The notes under the pieces were generated by a model. The model ran no database searches, was not told where the DNA came from, and was given only the letters and a program-made list of their open reading frames with translations. A DNA stretch of 39,945 nucleotides from the IMG/VR virus record IMGVR_UViG_3300047160_003852, positions 1 to 39,945 of that record. One strand, 5' to 3'. Shown piece by piece: positions 32,676-38,998 of this stretch. Both the position numbers and the translations under genes were made by a program. Every line of letters begins with the position of its first letter. Position 1 is the first letter of the stretch. This DNA is from a virus.

Positions 32676-34156
32676 CAGATGCGTTCCTCTTGCCGCTTCC
32701 GTGGCTTGAATAACTCGTGCGCCGTCATCTCGTGCAGGAATCTCGGCTGCATCTCAGACCTGGGTTTCGGCCGCACATAGGGCCGCGACATGCAGGCATA
32801 ACGCCATTCGTCGGCGGCGTGGTCTTCGCTATCGGTATTCACATCCTCGACGCGGTTTTCGTCATGCTGCAGAAGCGGAATGGTGCGGATACTGTCCAGG
32901 CAATTGGAGAAGCAATAAATCATGGGCCTGCCGTTTTCCCCCATCATGCGGGACCGCATCTGATCCCATCCCCCCATGGCGCCCTTTGCGGCCACCCTGG
33001 CATTATCAGCCCTGCGGAAGGCAAGCTTGTGCGAGACAAACATGCGCTCCGCAATCGACGGGCCGCCATCTGAGGCAAACGCCGCCGGATCAAGCACACG
33101 ATAGTTTATAAGTTCCCCAGATTCCAGATGTAAAATCCGGCTGGCCACTTCCTCAGCCGGCAGCTTCAGCCCCGTATTTGGCAGGCTGTGAGCATCTGCG
33201 CAGCCATAGTATTCGCGGTAACGGACCAATGCGCCCTTGGGGATGACGAACGAATCGGGCGTCTCATAGTCATCCCCGGCGACCGCCCACCAGCCGAATG
33301 AGAACGGCCTGGCCGATCCCCAGTCGCCAGACATGAACTTCGTCCACCAATCTGGAAGCTGGCACGGCCTTAAGATCATGGCGCCGGACCAGCAATTGAA
33401 GAACGCGCCGGCTATGATGTTCCAATCGCCCTCGAGCCACGCCTTTCGCAGTGCATCATTGCCGTGTGTAGCGGCTAGAATCCGGGTCCGGTAGTCCGGG
33501 TCGTGTCTTAAGAGAATGGCATTGTCCACCAGACGAGAGGGGATGAACATTCGGGTAAAGCCGGATTCGGGGTCGAGATAGGGCTTTCGCGGTGCAACCG
33601 GGTCAATGTACCGTGTTTTAACCCACGCATGTCCAACACCTCCGGGATTGCCGGTGAGACGGACGCTACATGGAACACCAGTCGCGGATCGAAGTGTTGA
33701 AAGCATTCGTAGCAACCCGGAGGGCGTGGGGTATTCCGTGACCTCATCGAAGGAAATGCCAGTATATTGGTGTCCGTGGTATCGCCCATAGTCTTTCTCG
33801 TTCTCGATGTAGCGCATCTTAACACTAGCGCCGTTTGGCCAATACCAACAGTTCGAGAACGGATAGTCCACCGATTGCTGGGTTTTGAAGATGGCGCCCG
33901 TGTTTGGGAATATCTCCATGGCCCTGGACTGGAGCTCCTCTAATTCAGGGTAGGTCTTGCGGAACATGATTCCACGCCAGCCGTTCTTGTGCCGGATTGC
34001 GCCATCTTCCTGATAGCCAAGCTGGAAGTCTGATTTGCCACCTCCACGTTCGCCGCCATAGAACAGTTCATCAACCCAATCGGCCTCGATGGCGTCGCGT
34101 TGGGGGCCGGGCTGCGGGAACCATTGCCTCAGTCTGGTGAGTGGAGCGTCAACCAT
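32675..34156 (-). CDS. terL: terminase large subunit
   Basis: Walker A-like GGERGGGKS, Walker B-like GISFDEVTEY, nuclease-half acidic motifs (DWGSARPFS..., DSEDHAADEWRY). Synteny with TerS and portal. Confidence 0.9.
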   Translation of the reverse strand: MVDAPLTRLRQWFPQPGPQRDAIEADWVDELFYGGERGGGKSDFQLGYQEDGAIRHKNGWRGIMFRKTYPELEELQSRAMEIFPNTGAIFKTQQSVDYPFSNCWYWPNGASVKMRYIENEKDYGRYHGHQYTGISFDEVTEYPTPSGLLRMLSTLRSATGVPCSVRLTGNPGGVGHAWVKTRYIDPVAPRKPYLDPESGFTRMFIPSRLVDNAILLRHDPDYRTRILAATHGNDALRKAWLEGDWNIIAGAFFNCWSGAMILRPCQLPDWWTKFMSGDWGSARPFSFGWWAVAGDDYETPDSFVIPKGALVRYREYYGCADAHSLPNTGLKLPAEEVASRILHLESGELINYRVLDPAAFASDGGPSIAERMFVSHKLAFRRADNARVAAKGAMGGWDQMRSRMMGENGRPMIYCFSNCLDSIRTIPLLQHDENRVEDVNTDSEDHAADEWRYACMSRPYVRPKPRSEMQPRFLHEMTAHELFKPRKRQEERI

Positions 34157-34434
34157 TGTTCGCGGGTGAGGGTTGGGCGTTCCACCACTTCGAGCGGTTG
34201 TAGATCAGGCGCTTGGCCGAGACCAATAGACTGGGACGGCTTGCCATGGCCGCGATCCAGCAGGCTGTTGATAGCCGCCACTCTGGCCTGTTCGCTCTCA
34301 GCCTCTTTAGCGAGCCGTGCAAGCTCTTTTATCGCCATAGGGGTATGGATACGGCATAAGTCCTGAAGCTCCTGTGTGGCTTTGTTTTTTATGCCCTTGG
34401 GGCGACCTTGGCCGGATGTGGATGATTTTGCCAT
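34129..34434 (-). CDS. terminase small subunit candidate (101 aa from ATG 34434; alternative TTG 34464)
   Basis: Immediately upstream of and overlapping terL. N-terminal basic GRPKGIKNK motif followed by helical segments. Confidence 0.55.
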   Translation of the reverse strand: MAKSSTSGQGRPKGIKNKATQELQDLCRIHTPMAIKELARLAKEAESEQARVAAINSLLDRGHGKPSQSIGLGQAPDLQPLEVVERPTLTREQWLTLHSPD

Positions 34435-34442
34435 TGGGCCGC

Positions 34443-34471
34443 AATTAGCCGCATTTTGCCGCAAACGTCAA
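34443..34471 (-). promoter_or_regulatory. sigma70-like promoter candidate for the packaging/structural operon (possibly giving a leaderless or near-leaderless TerS mRNA)
   Basis: On the - strand: TTGACG (34471-34466), 17 nt, CTAATT (34448-34443), 8 nt, ATG 34434. There is no SD before this ATG. Confidence 0.3.
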
Positions 34472-34480
34472 TTTACACGA

Positions 34481-34496
34481 TGTTTCACGTGAAACA
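34481..34496. promoter_or_regulatory. perfect 16-bp palindrome TGTTTCACGTGAAACA
   Basis: Lies in the 65-nt intergenic gap, 4 nt after the methyltransferase-fusion stop and 10 nt upstream of the putative -35. Confidence 0.6.
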
Positions 34497-34499
34497 ATC

Positions 34500-35699
34500 C
34501 TATTGGCATATGGCGAGCATCTTCTGTCCTGTTTGGTTGGCTTCGGACAGCCGGCCGCCTGATTTGGAGCATAGGATCCTTACGCTGTCGAAGTGCGGGC
34601 GCAACAATGCCTCGAATTCTGGCCGGCTATACTCCTTGATGTGATGGGGACAGACCGGAATCGAGCCATTGCCGTTCTGGGGGGTGGAGATGAACAACTT
34701 TCCGCTTGGGGCCAGAAGACGGCGTGTTTCGGCTAGGAAGCGATCGGCCTCGATCGGCTGCAGATGCTCGATGAATTCCATGGCTGTGACGGCGTCGGCC
34801 GATGCTGATTCAACTGGCAAATCAAGGGCATTTCCCTTTTTATAGAACAGGTTCGGGTGCCTGTTGTTGCGGCGATTCCTTGCGATGAGACGGCCGTCTA
34901 GATCGACGGCTGTTACACATCTCGCTTTTGCAGCAAGAATGCGGGATCCATGGCCATTGCCGCAGGCTATGTCCAGGACGTGATCGGCTGGCTCGATTTC
35001 CGCCGCGGCGATTTCATAGCTTTCTGAGATGGGGTTGGAGATGCTGCTGGCATTGGTTTCGTCAACGCTGATCCGTTCGTCTTTGAATATGCCCGCGGCT
35101 AGGGCGCGGACATTATTACGGAATTCGTCGGTGTAGGCCGGGCTATGGGGATAAACTAGGGCTCGAAACCAGTCCCCCTCCGATTCGATATATGAGCAAA
35201 ATCTGGCAAGTCGCGCGGGTCGATCTTCAGCAGGATAACTATCAATCGCCTTCGCCACATGATCGAGCAGTTTGCGCTCGTATATTTTCCCCGCGAAATC
35301 CGGGCTGAAATCGTCAGGCATCGAGACATAATGGGCGTTGCTCTGGTGCAGAAATGCGAGCATGTTGGCGAGCAAGTCAGCGTCCGTGAAGCAATGCTGG
35401 CCCATGACATGGATGACCTCGTCCGCGCCCGTGACTTCAATCGCTTGGCGGCAGCGTTCGAGGACATTTTCGGCCGGGCCGAAGTGGCAATGAATCCTGT
35501 GCTTGTCAGCAAGCTTAAGGAACACTGTGTTGCCGCGGCAATCCGGAACGGCCAGGATGACTTGGTCGATTATGGGCATTGCCTTGAGCTTGGCGATGAC
35601 ATGCTCGATAACGAGCTTGCCATCCAGAGTAGCCAGGGAACGGTCTCTTGCGCCGTCCCAGCCGAGGTAATGGGCTTGGATGAGGCCGCAGACGGTCAT
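34500..35699 (-). CDS. fusion protein: N-terminal SpsF-like cytidylyltransferase-fold domain plus C-terminal class I SAM-dependent methyltransferase
   Basis: N-terminus: GLIQA...LATLDGKLVIEHVIAKLKAMPIIDQVILAVPD...HCHFGPAENVLERCRQAIEVTGADEVIHVMGQHCFTDADLL parallels SpsF/CTP_transf_3 (IQAR..LxGKPxIxHVIERxK..IDxVVVAT...FRGSExDVLxR...VRITGDCPLIDP) but with diverged catalytic positions. C-terminus: VLDIACGNGHGSRILA...VTAVDLD...ADAVTAMEFIEHL...LLAPSGKLFISTP carries methyltransferase motifs I-III. Confidence 0.65.
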   Translation of the reverse strand: MTVCGLIQAHYLGWDGARDRSLATLDGKLVIEHVIAKLKAMPIIDQVILAVPDCRGNTVFLKLADKHRIHCHFGPAENVLERCRQAIEVTGADEVIHVMGQHCFTDADLLANMLAFLHQSNAHYVSMPDDFSPDFAGKIYERKLLDHVAKAIDSYPAEDRPARLARFCSYIESEGDWFRALVYPHSPAYTDEFRNNVRALAAGIFKDERISVDETNASSISNPISESYEIAAAEIEPADHVLDIACGNGHGSRILAAKARCVTAVDLDGRLIARNRRNNRHPNLFYKKGNALDLPVESASADAVTAMEFIEHLQPIEADRFLAETRRLLAPSGKLFISTPQNGNGSIPVCPHHIKEYSRPEFEALLRPHFDSVRILCSKSGGRLSEANQTGQKMLAICQ

Positions 35700-35968
35700 A
35701 GGGGGCGGATTATGCTTGGCCGGAATTGAACGATTGGGCTCCCCGCATCCTTTTTGCGCTGCACTTCCATGACCTCATTCCAATAGACGTTCCACATGGC
35801 CAAGAACATCTCAGCGCAAAGAAGGTCATCGGTAATGACATTAGCTATATCAAGAGCCGGATCCAATTCCGTCAATTCGTTCATCTTCGCTTTGCCCGCA
35901 TCGATCATGGATCGGCTGATGGCGAGTTTCGGCGGCCGAATTCTGTGATTTCCGGTCTTGTCGGTCAT
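35696..35968 (-). CDS. hypothetical protein (90 aa)
   Basis: ATGA overlaps on both sides. Protein-like composition. Confidence 0.6.
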   Translation of the reverse strand: MTDKTGNHRIRPPKLAISRSMIDAGKAKMNELTELDPALDIANVITDDLLCAEMFLAMWNVYWNEVMEVQRKKDAGSPIVQFRPSIIRPL

Positions 35969-36132
35969 TTTGCTTTGAGCGCTTTGCCGAGGCGCTTCGG
36001 GTCAGGACTAGATTTAATGCCTTCTCCGGCCATCTTCTGAGCCGTTGCGACTGGAATCTTCTCAGCCATGGGGAACTTAGCCCCGTGGGCCCGGGCTTCA
36101 AATAAACGATGTTGGGCGGGTGACCAGGGCAT
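35965..36132 (-). CDS. small hypothetical protein (55 aa)
   Basis: Not in the ORF track (under 60 aa). ATGA overlaps with both neighbours. MPWSPAQHRLFEARAHGAKFPMAEKIPVATAQKMAGEGIKSSPDPKRLGKALKAK. Confidence 0.55.
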   Translation of the reverse strand: MPWSPAQHRLFEARAHGAKFPMAEKIPVATAQKMAGEGIKSSPDPKRLGKALKAK

Positions 36133-36341
36133 CAGCGCCCATTCCCCTTCAGGGCAATGCCTAGCTTCCTGCGGGCCTTGGCCTTGATTTCTTCCTCAGT
36201 CGACTTGCCGATGTTGCCGGCGTTGTAGCTGCGGGTTGCGCCGCCTATTGCCAGACGGGCGTGCTTGTCGTCCCCGATTGGGAAACTGCCGTGTGGACCG
36301 GCTTTCGGGCCAGGAACGTCAGACGGGCCGAGCTTGGACAT
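36132..36341 (-). CDS. hypothetical protein (69 aa)
   Basis: Abuts the upstream gene. ...GSFPIGDDKHARLAIGGATRSYNAGNIGKSTEEEIKAKARRKLGI. Confidence 0.6.
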   Translation of the reverse strand: MSKLGPSDVPGPKAGPHGSFPIGDDKHARLAIGGATRSYNAGNIGKSTEEEIKAKARRKLGIALKGNGR

Positions 36342-36536
36342 TCAATCCCCCATTTCCACAACCATGGTATTGCCGATGAAATGCGTTTTCGGACCGGATA
36401 AAGTTACTTCCGGCAGAGAGTTCTCAAGGATAAGTGCCCGCAGCGCAACAGATTTTTGCCTGAATTCCTGCGATTCGGCAGCCTCAATCATATCATCGAA
36501 TAACGCGCGGATCTGGGCCAAATCGTTTCGCGGCAT
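36342..36536 (-). CDS. hypothetical protein (64 aa)
   Basis: ORF directly downstream of the terminator at 36573-36599. No SD. A TTATGT hexamer lies 7 nt upstream of the ATG. Confidence 0.5.
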   Translation of the reverse strand: MPRNDLAQIRALFDDMIEAAESQEFRQKSVALRALILENSLPEVTLSGPKTHFIGNTMVVEMGD

Positions 36537-36572
36537 GTGAAAAACATAACGCGGTTAATGATTTGTTTCCAT

Positions 36573-36599
36573 AAAAAAAGCGCCGACGGGTGCCGGCGC
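36573..36599 (-). terminator. rho-independent terminator (- strand)
   Basis: On the - strand, GCGCCGGCACCCGTCGGCGC (6-bp GC stem plus an extra pair) is followed by TTTTTTT. Lies just downstream of the small membrane ORFs. Confidence 0.6.
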
Positions 36600-36625
36600 A
36601 GTCGAAGACGTGTTGAGCAATTAAC

Positions 36626-36814
36626 CTATAGCACGATATGCCCGCCAGGCTCCAGCCCCAGCAGCACGTGGATAAGCCAGATCACCGCAATCACGACGAT
36701 CAAGATTTGCACAATCAATGCGAACGGAGGTGGAAGCGGAATAAGTGTGATAACCTAATAAATTAAGCCCAGAACCAGAGCTAAAATCAGAACACTGATC
36801 AGGATCGATAACAT
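36626..36814 (-). pseudogene. two-TM small membrane protein frame (19 aa + 42 aa) interrupted by one in-frame TAG
   Basis: GGGAGG lies 5 nt before ATG 36814. MLSILISVLILALVLGLIY-TAG(36755-36757)-VITLIPLPPPFALIVQILIVVIAVIWLIHVLLGLEPGGHIVL-TAG, all in the same frame. The second part has no upstream start of its own. Confidence 0.45.
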
Positions 36815-36839
36815 TGATTCCTCCCTGTTCTAGCGGGGA

Positions 36840-37481
36840 GATAACTCCAGTCGCCGCTTCGCGGCGTAGAAGATTCTTTCTATCGCCTCGCTTCGCTTCG
36901 CTTGCGCCTTATGGGCGCTCGCTCGCGAGGCGACTGACAGACCTTTAAAGGCTTATCGTTTGAGTTCAGATCGGTTGTGACCAGGCATAGGAAGACATAC
37001 CCCGCTTTTGGCGTGGTATGTTCCTAGCCTGGGGCCATCGTTTTGAGACGAGTCGGCGCTTACAGGCGATCCGGTCGGGAAGTTCCGCCGCACCTTGGCT
37101 GCTACTGTTTGTGGATAACTTCATCCACCCCGGTCTTGCGGCCCCAGCCTTTCGGACCACCGCTGCACATATGCCGGACCCCCGCGTAGTGCCTGCCAGC
37201 GCCCCACCCACGGGAATTACAACCCAATGGGGAACCGTCAAGCCGATGCGGGATTGATAAGGGAGCCGCAGGTTGGTATATACCGCTGACGGCCTACCCC
37301 GATGCAGCCACATCGGTTTGAACGCCTCCGATTCATCGTCGGGGGCGTTCGCGCATCAAGCGCCCAGGTATTGCAACTGTCAAGTCTCAGGATTAGGTTT
37401 GCGGGGCAATGCCAACCCCATTGCTGTTCCTTCGGACCCAGCGACAGCCCCGGCAGCCCCAAGCGTCGGGGCTGTTCCTTT
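36840..37481. other. ~640-nt ORF-free, GC-rich, hairpin-dense region (candidate large structured RNA and/or replication origin)
   Basis: All six frames give only Arg/Ser/Pro/Gly-rich shadow ORFs. Stable hairpins at 36852-36866, 36883-36933, 36995-37021, 37111-37128, 37265-37293, 37299-37316, 37321-37348, 37406-37424 and 37454-37474. Long-range 8-bp complementarity 37029-37036/37140-37147. TTCGGACC repeated at 37151 and 37431. Confidence 0.6.
37110..37128. promoter_or_regulatory. perfect DnaA-box 9-mer (TTATCCACA, - strand) inside a 6-bp-stem palindrome that carries a second, 7/9 box on the + strand
   Basis: + strand tGTGGATAACTTCATCCACc. The reverse complement of 37110-37118 is TTATCCACA. 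37121-37129 TCATCCACC matches 7/9. Confidence 0.4.
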
Positions 37482-37482
37482 T
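37454..37482 (+). terminator. terminator-like hairpin on the + strand (CAGCCCC-N7-GGGGCTG followed by TTCCTTTT)
   Basis: 7-bp GC-rich stem with a T-rich tail on the + strand only. Lies exactly at the 3' end of the - strand gcrA-like gene, so it may instead be an mRNA-stabilising or bidirectional element. Confidence 0.35.
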
Positions 37483-37934
37483 CAGAAGTATTGGCGGTCG
37501 TTCTTGCGCCCCCTGAATTGCTGCGGCTGCGTCCGGACATAGGCGATTGCCTGGTGAAACTCGCAATAAGGCCCGTGCATAACCGCCGGATGGCCACAAC
37601 ATTGGATTTCCAGGCCTTCACCATGGGGCCAGCGGCATAAGCCGAGCTTCGGAAAATCCCCCACAGGACCGCACGGCACGGGTTCCTCGGGCTTGTGGCT
37701 CGAGGGCATGGGCTTTGGCGCAGCTGGGGCGTGGGGATGACGCGGCAACCTCAGGCGCGGTTCCTGGCGCTTCTTGAGCTTCATCCGGGATACGAGCCCC
37801 AACACAGCCGATCTCGTGACGATAACGCCAAGTTGTGACTTTAGTTGGCTGGCCACTATCGACGCGCTGCAGCCTGAATCCCATGCTTCCCGGACCAGGG
37901 CCTTGATCTCGTCGTTATGGTGTTGGCCCGACAT
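37482..37934 (-). CDS. gcrA: GcrA-family cell-cycle regulator homologue (150 aa from ATG 37934)
   Basis: N-terminal W..E.IKALVREAWDSGCSASIVASQLKSQLGVIVTRSAVLGLVSRMKL and C-terminal CRWPHGEGLEIQCCGHPAVMHGPYCEFHQAIAY match the GcrA pattern (SASQIAxxLG..SRNAVIGKxHRL ... CxWPxG...FCG....PYCxxHxxxAY). GGGAGG lies 6 nt before ATG 37934. Confidence 0.85.
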   Translation of the reverse strand: MSGQHHNDEIKALVREAWDSGCSASIVASQLKSQLGVIVTRSAVLGLVSRMKLKKRQEPRLRLPRHPHAPAAPKPMPSSHKPEEPVPCGPVGDFPKLGLCRWPHGEGLEIQCCGHPAVMHGPYCEFHQAIAYVRTQPQQFRGRKNDRQYF

Positions 37935-38154
37935 GGGAATCCTCCCATCTTTTGTGCGCTGCAGCAATTATCATGGCGCCCTCGATCTCATTGGCTTTGC
38001 GGCGGATTACGGCCAGAGACCGCCCGGACATTGCAGCAATATCCCGGTAAGCCGCAGGCCGTTCATGGTAAACCAATGTTAAGGCCGCTTTTATCCACAG
38101 GATTTCATGGGGCGCGAAACCCACCCGGACCTGATCTCCGAATCTGTCAATCAT
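37915..38154 (-). CDS. hypothetical protein with HTH-like segment (79 aa)
   Basis: 8-nt overlap upstream. AAYRDIAAMSGRSLAVIRRKANEIEG is HTH-like. Confidence 0.55.
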   Translation of the reverse strand: MIDRFGDQVRVGFAPHEILWIKAALTLVYHERPAAYRDIAAMSGRSLAVIRRKANEIEGAMIIAAAHKRWEDSHVGPTP

Positions 38155-38323
38155 TGTCGCCCGTCTGCCTGAAGCGTTTAGCGCGTTCCTGGCGGCGTTC
38201 CTGCTTGGAGGGCTCCGGATGGTCCACTTCCCAGCGAATCGCCGCGTGCAAGGCTGCGGCTTTGGGATTTGGCCGCTCGGTCGGTCGGCCAGGCGCGAAT
38301 AAGAGATGCGGCCGATGTTTCAT
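38147..38323 (-). CDS. hypothetical basic protein (58 aa)
   Basis: Internal ATG 38323 forms an ATGA overlap with the upstream membrane-peptide stop. MKHRPHLLFAPGRPTERPNPKAAALHAAIRWEVDHPEPSKQERRQERAKRFRQTGDND. Confidence 0.5.
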   Translation of the reverse strand: MKHRPHLLFAPGRPTERPNPKAAALHAAIRWEVDHPEPSKQERRQERAKRFRQTGDND

Positions 38324-38451
38324 GGCATCGCCGCTTCGACCGTCGCGATAGCCTTGTGGACGATCTGAATGGTTCCAAGGACGGCCAGTCCACCAATGGC
38401 CAGGGAAAACGCCAAAAGCCCCACCAATACCCAATCCAGCCCCCGAAGCAT
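38320..38451 (-). CDS. 43-aa single-pass membrane peptide
   Basis: GGAGGG lies 4 nt before ATG 38451. MLRGLDWVLVGLLAFSLAIGGLAVLGTIQIVHKAIATVEAAMP. Below the track cutoff. Confidence 0.55.
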   Translation of the reverse strand: MLRGLDWVLVGLLAFSLAIGGLAVLGTIQIVHKAIATVEAAMP

Positions 38452-38467
38452 GAACCCTCCGTTAAAT

Positions 38468-38647
38468 TTAGTTCATTGTTGAAATCTCTGAAGCCAGAAG
38501 TTCCATCAGCTTAAGAACGGGCCGAGAGGGCTTGGCGCCCCGCTCCAACCTCGAGACGGTTCCTTGGTTCACGCCCAGCCGTTCCGCCATCTCGGCCTGT
38601 GTTAGCCCAAGCCTGGTCCTGATAATCTCGCAGCGGGTCTTTTTCAT
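38468..38647 (-). CDS. XRE/Cro-type helix-turn-helix regulator (59 aa), first gene of the - strand arm
   Basis: MKKTRCEIIRTRLGLTQAEMAERLGVNQGTVSRLERGAKPSRPVLKLMELL is a canonical HTH_3 pattern (LTQxxxAxxLGVxxxxVSRxERG). Divergent from the + strand arm. Confidence 0.85.
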   Translation of the reverse strand: MKKTRCEIIRTRLGLTQAEMAERLGVNQGTVSRLERGAKPSRPVLKLMELLASEISTMN

Positions 38648-38776
38648 GCGAATCCCTTTTGGCGCATCATGCCAGAAATAATTCGTTATGCAAGCGACAT
38701 TTATGCTTGACGCATAATCCAGGGATGATAATGTGGCGTCACTGGATGGGTCCAGCGAGACTAGAGGGAGGATCAG
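38648..38776. promoter_or_regulatory. divergent promoter/operator region between the two genome arms
   Basis: Palindrome TTATGC-N5-GCATAA (38701-38717) overlaps a + strand -35 TTGACG (38707-38712). -10 TAATGT (38729-38734) follows a 16-nt spacer. A third TTATGC half-site is at 38686-38691. GCAT-C-ATGC is at 38664-38672. GGGAGG (38766-38771) precedes ATG 38777. Confidence 0.55.
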
Positions 38777-38998
38777 ATGGCCCAGTTCTCTTGGAAAAAC
38801 GCCCCGGACCTGATGGACCGGCTTTCATCGACCCAGAACGCCCCCTGCAATTGCGTCATCGACATTATGACATTTGCGGGCTTCTGCACTTCACGCGAAC
38901 AGCTTGAGACACATGTTTCCCGCTACGAAGCGCGCGAAGCTGCGGCCATCCATGCCGCCGCCTACAAGCGTGCCGGCCGGAGGTCCGCCAATGTCTAA
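38777..38998 (+). CDS. hypothetical protein (73 aa), first gene of the + strand arm
   Basis: Strong SD. MAQFSWKNAPDLMDRLSSTQNAPCNCVIDIMTFAGFCTSREQLETHVSRYEAREAAAIHAAAYKRAG. Confidence 0.65.
   Translation: MAQFSWKNAPDLMDRLSSTQNAPCNCVIDIMTFAGFCTSREQLETHVSRYEAREAAAIHAAAYKRAGRRSANV

Noticed and set aside
36755-36757. Genome-wide TAG reassignment (alternative genetic code) suggested by the in-frame TAG
   Set aside because: TAG terminates several well-supported genes here (stops at 2804-2806, 3304-3306, 4223-4225, 16143-16145, 34500-34502, 39633-39635), and the large structural ORFs are intact under the standard code.
37264-37294. Hairpin GAGCCG-CAG-...GGTATATACC...-CTG-A-CGGC resembling group II intron domain V (AGC triad, bulge)
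   Set aside because: The loop is AUAU rather than GNRA. The bulge is a single A at the wrong distance from the helix base. There is no GUGYG 5' end, no domain VI and no reverse-transcriptase ORF, and the available length is too short.
36960-37481. tRNA, tmRNA, RNase P RNA or SRP RNA in the island (e.g. - strand AGCAGCCAAGG and GGTCCGAAAGG recall 4.5S RNA)
   Set aside because: There is no T-loop (GTTCRANYC) or acceptor/CCA context, no tag-peptide frame, no RNase P P4 motifs (GAGGAAAGTCC / ACAGAACCCGGCTTA), and the SRP-like words are not arranged as a domain IV hairpin.
36966-37640. ORFs of 79-128 aa in the non-coding island (36966..37313 -, 37018..37257 +, 37238..37624 -, 37273..37542 +, 37302..37640 +)
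   Set aside because: All are Arg/Pro/Ser/Gly-rich with no recognisable motifs or ribosome-binding sites. They overlap one another in several frames, as expected for random open frames in GC-rich sequence.
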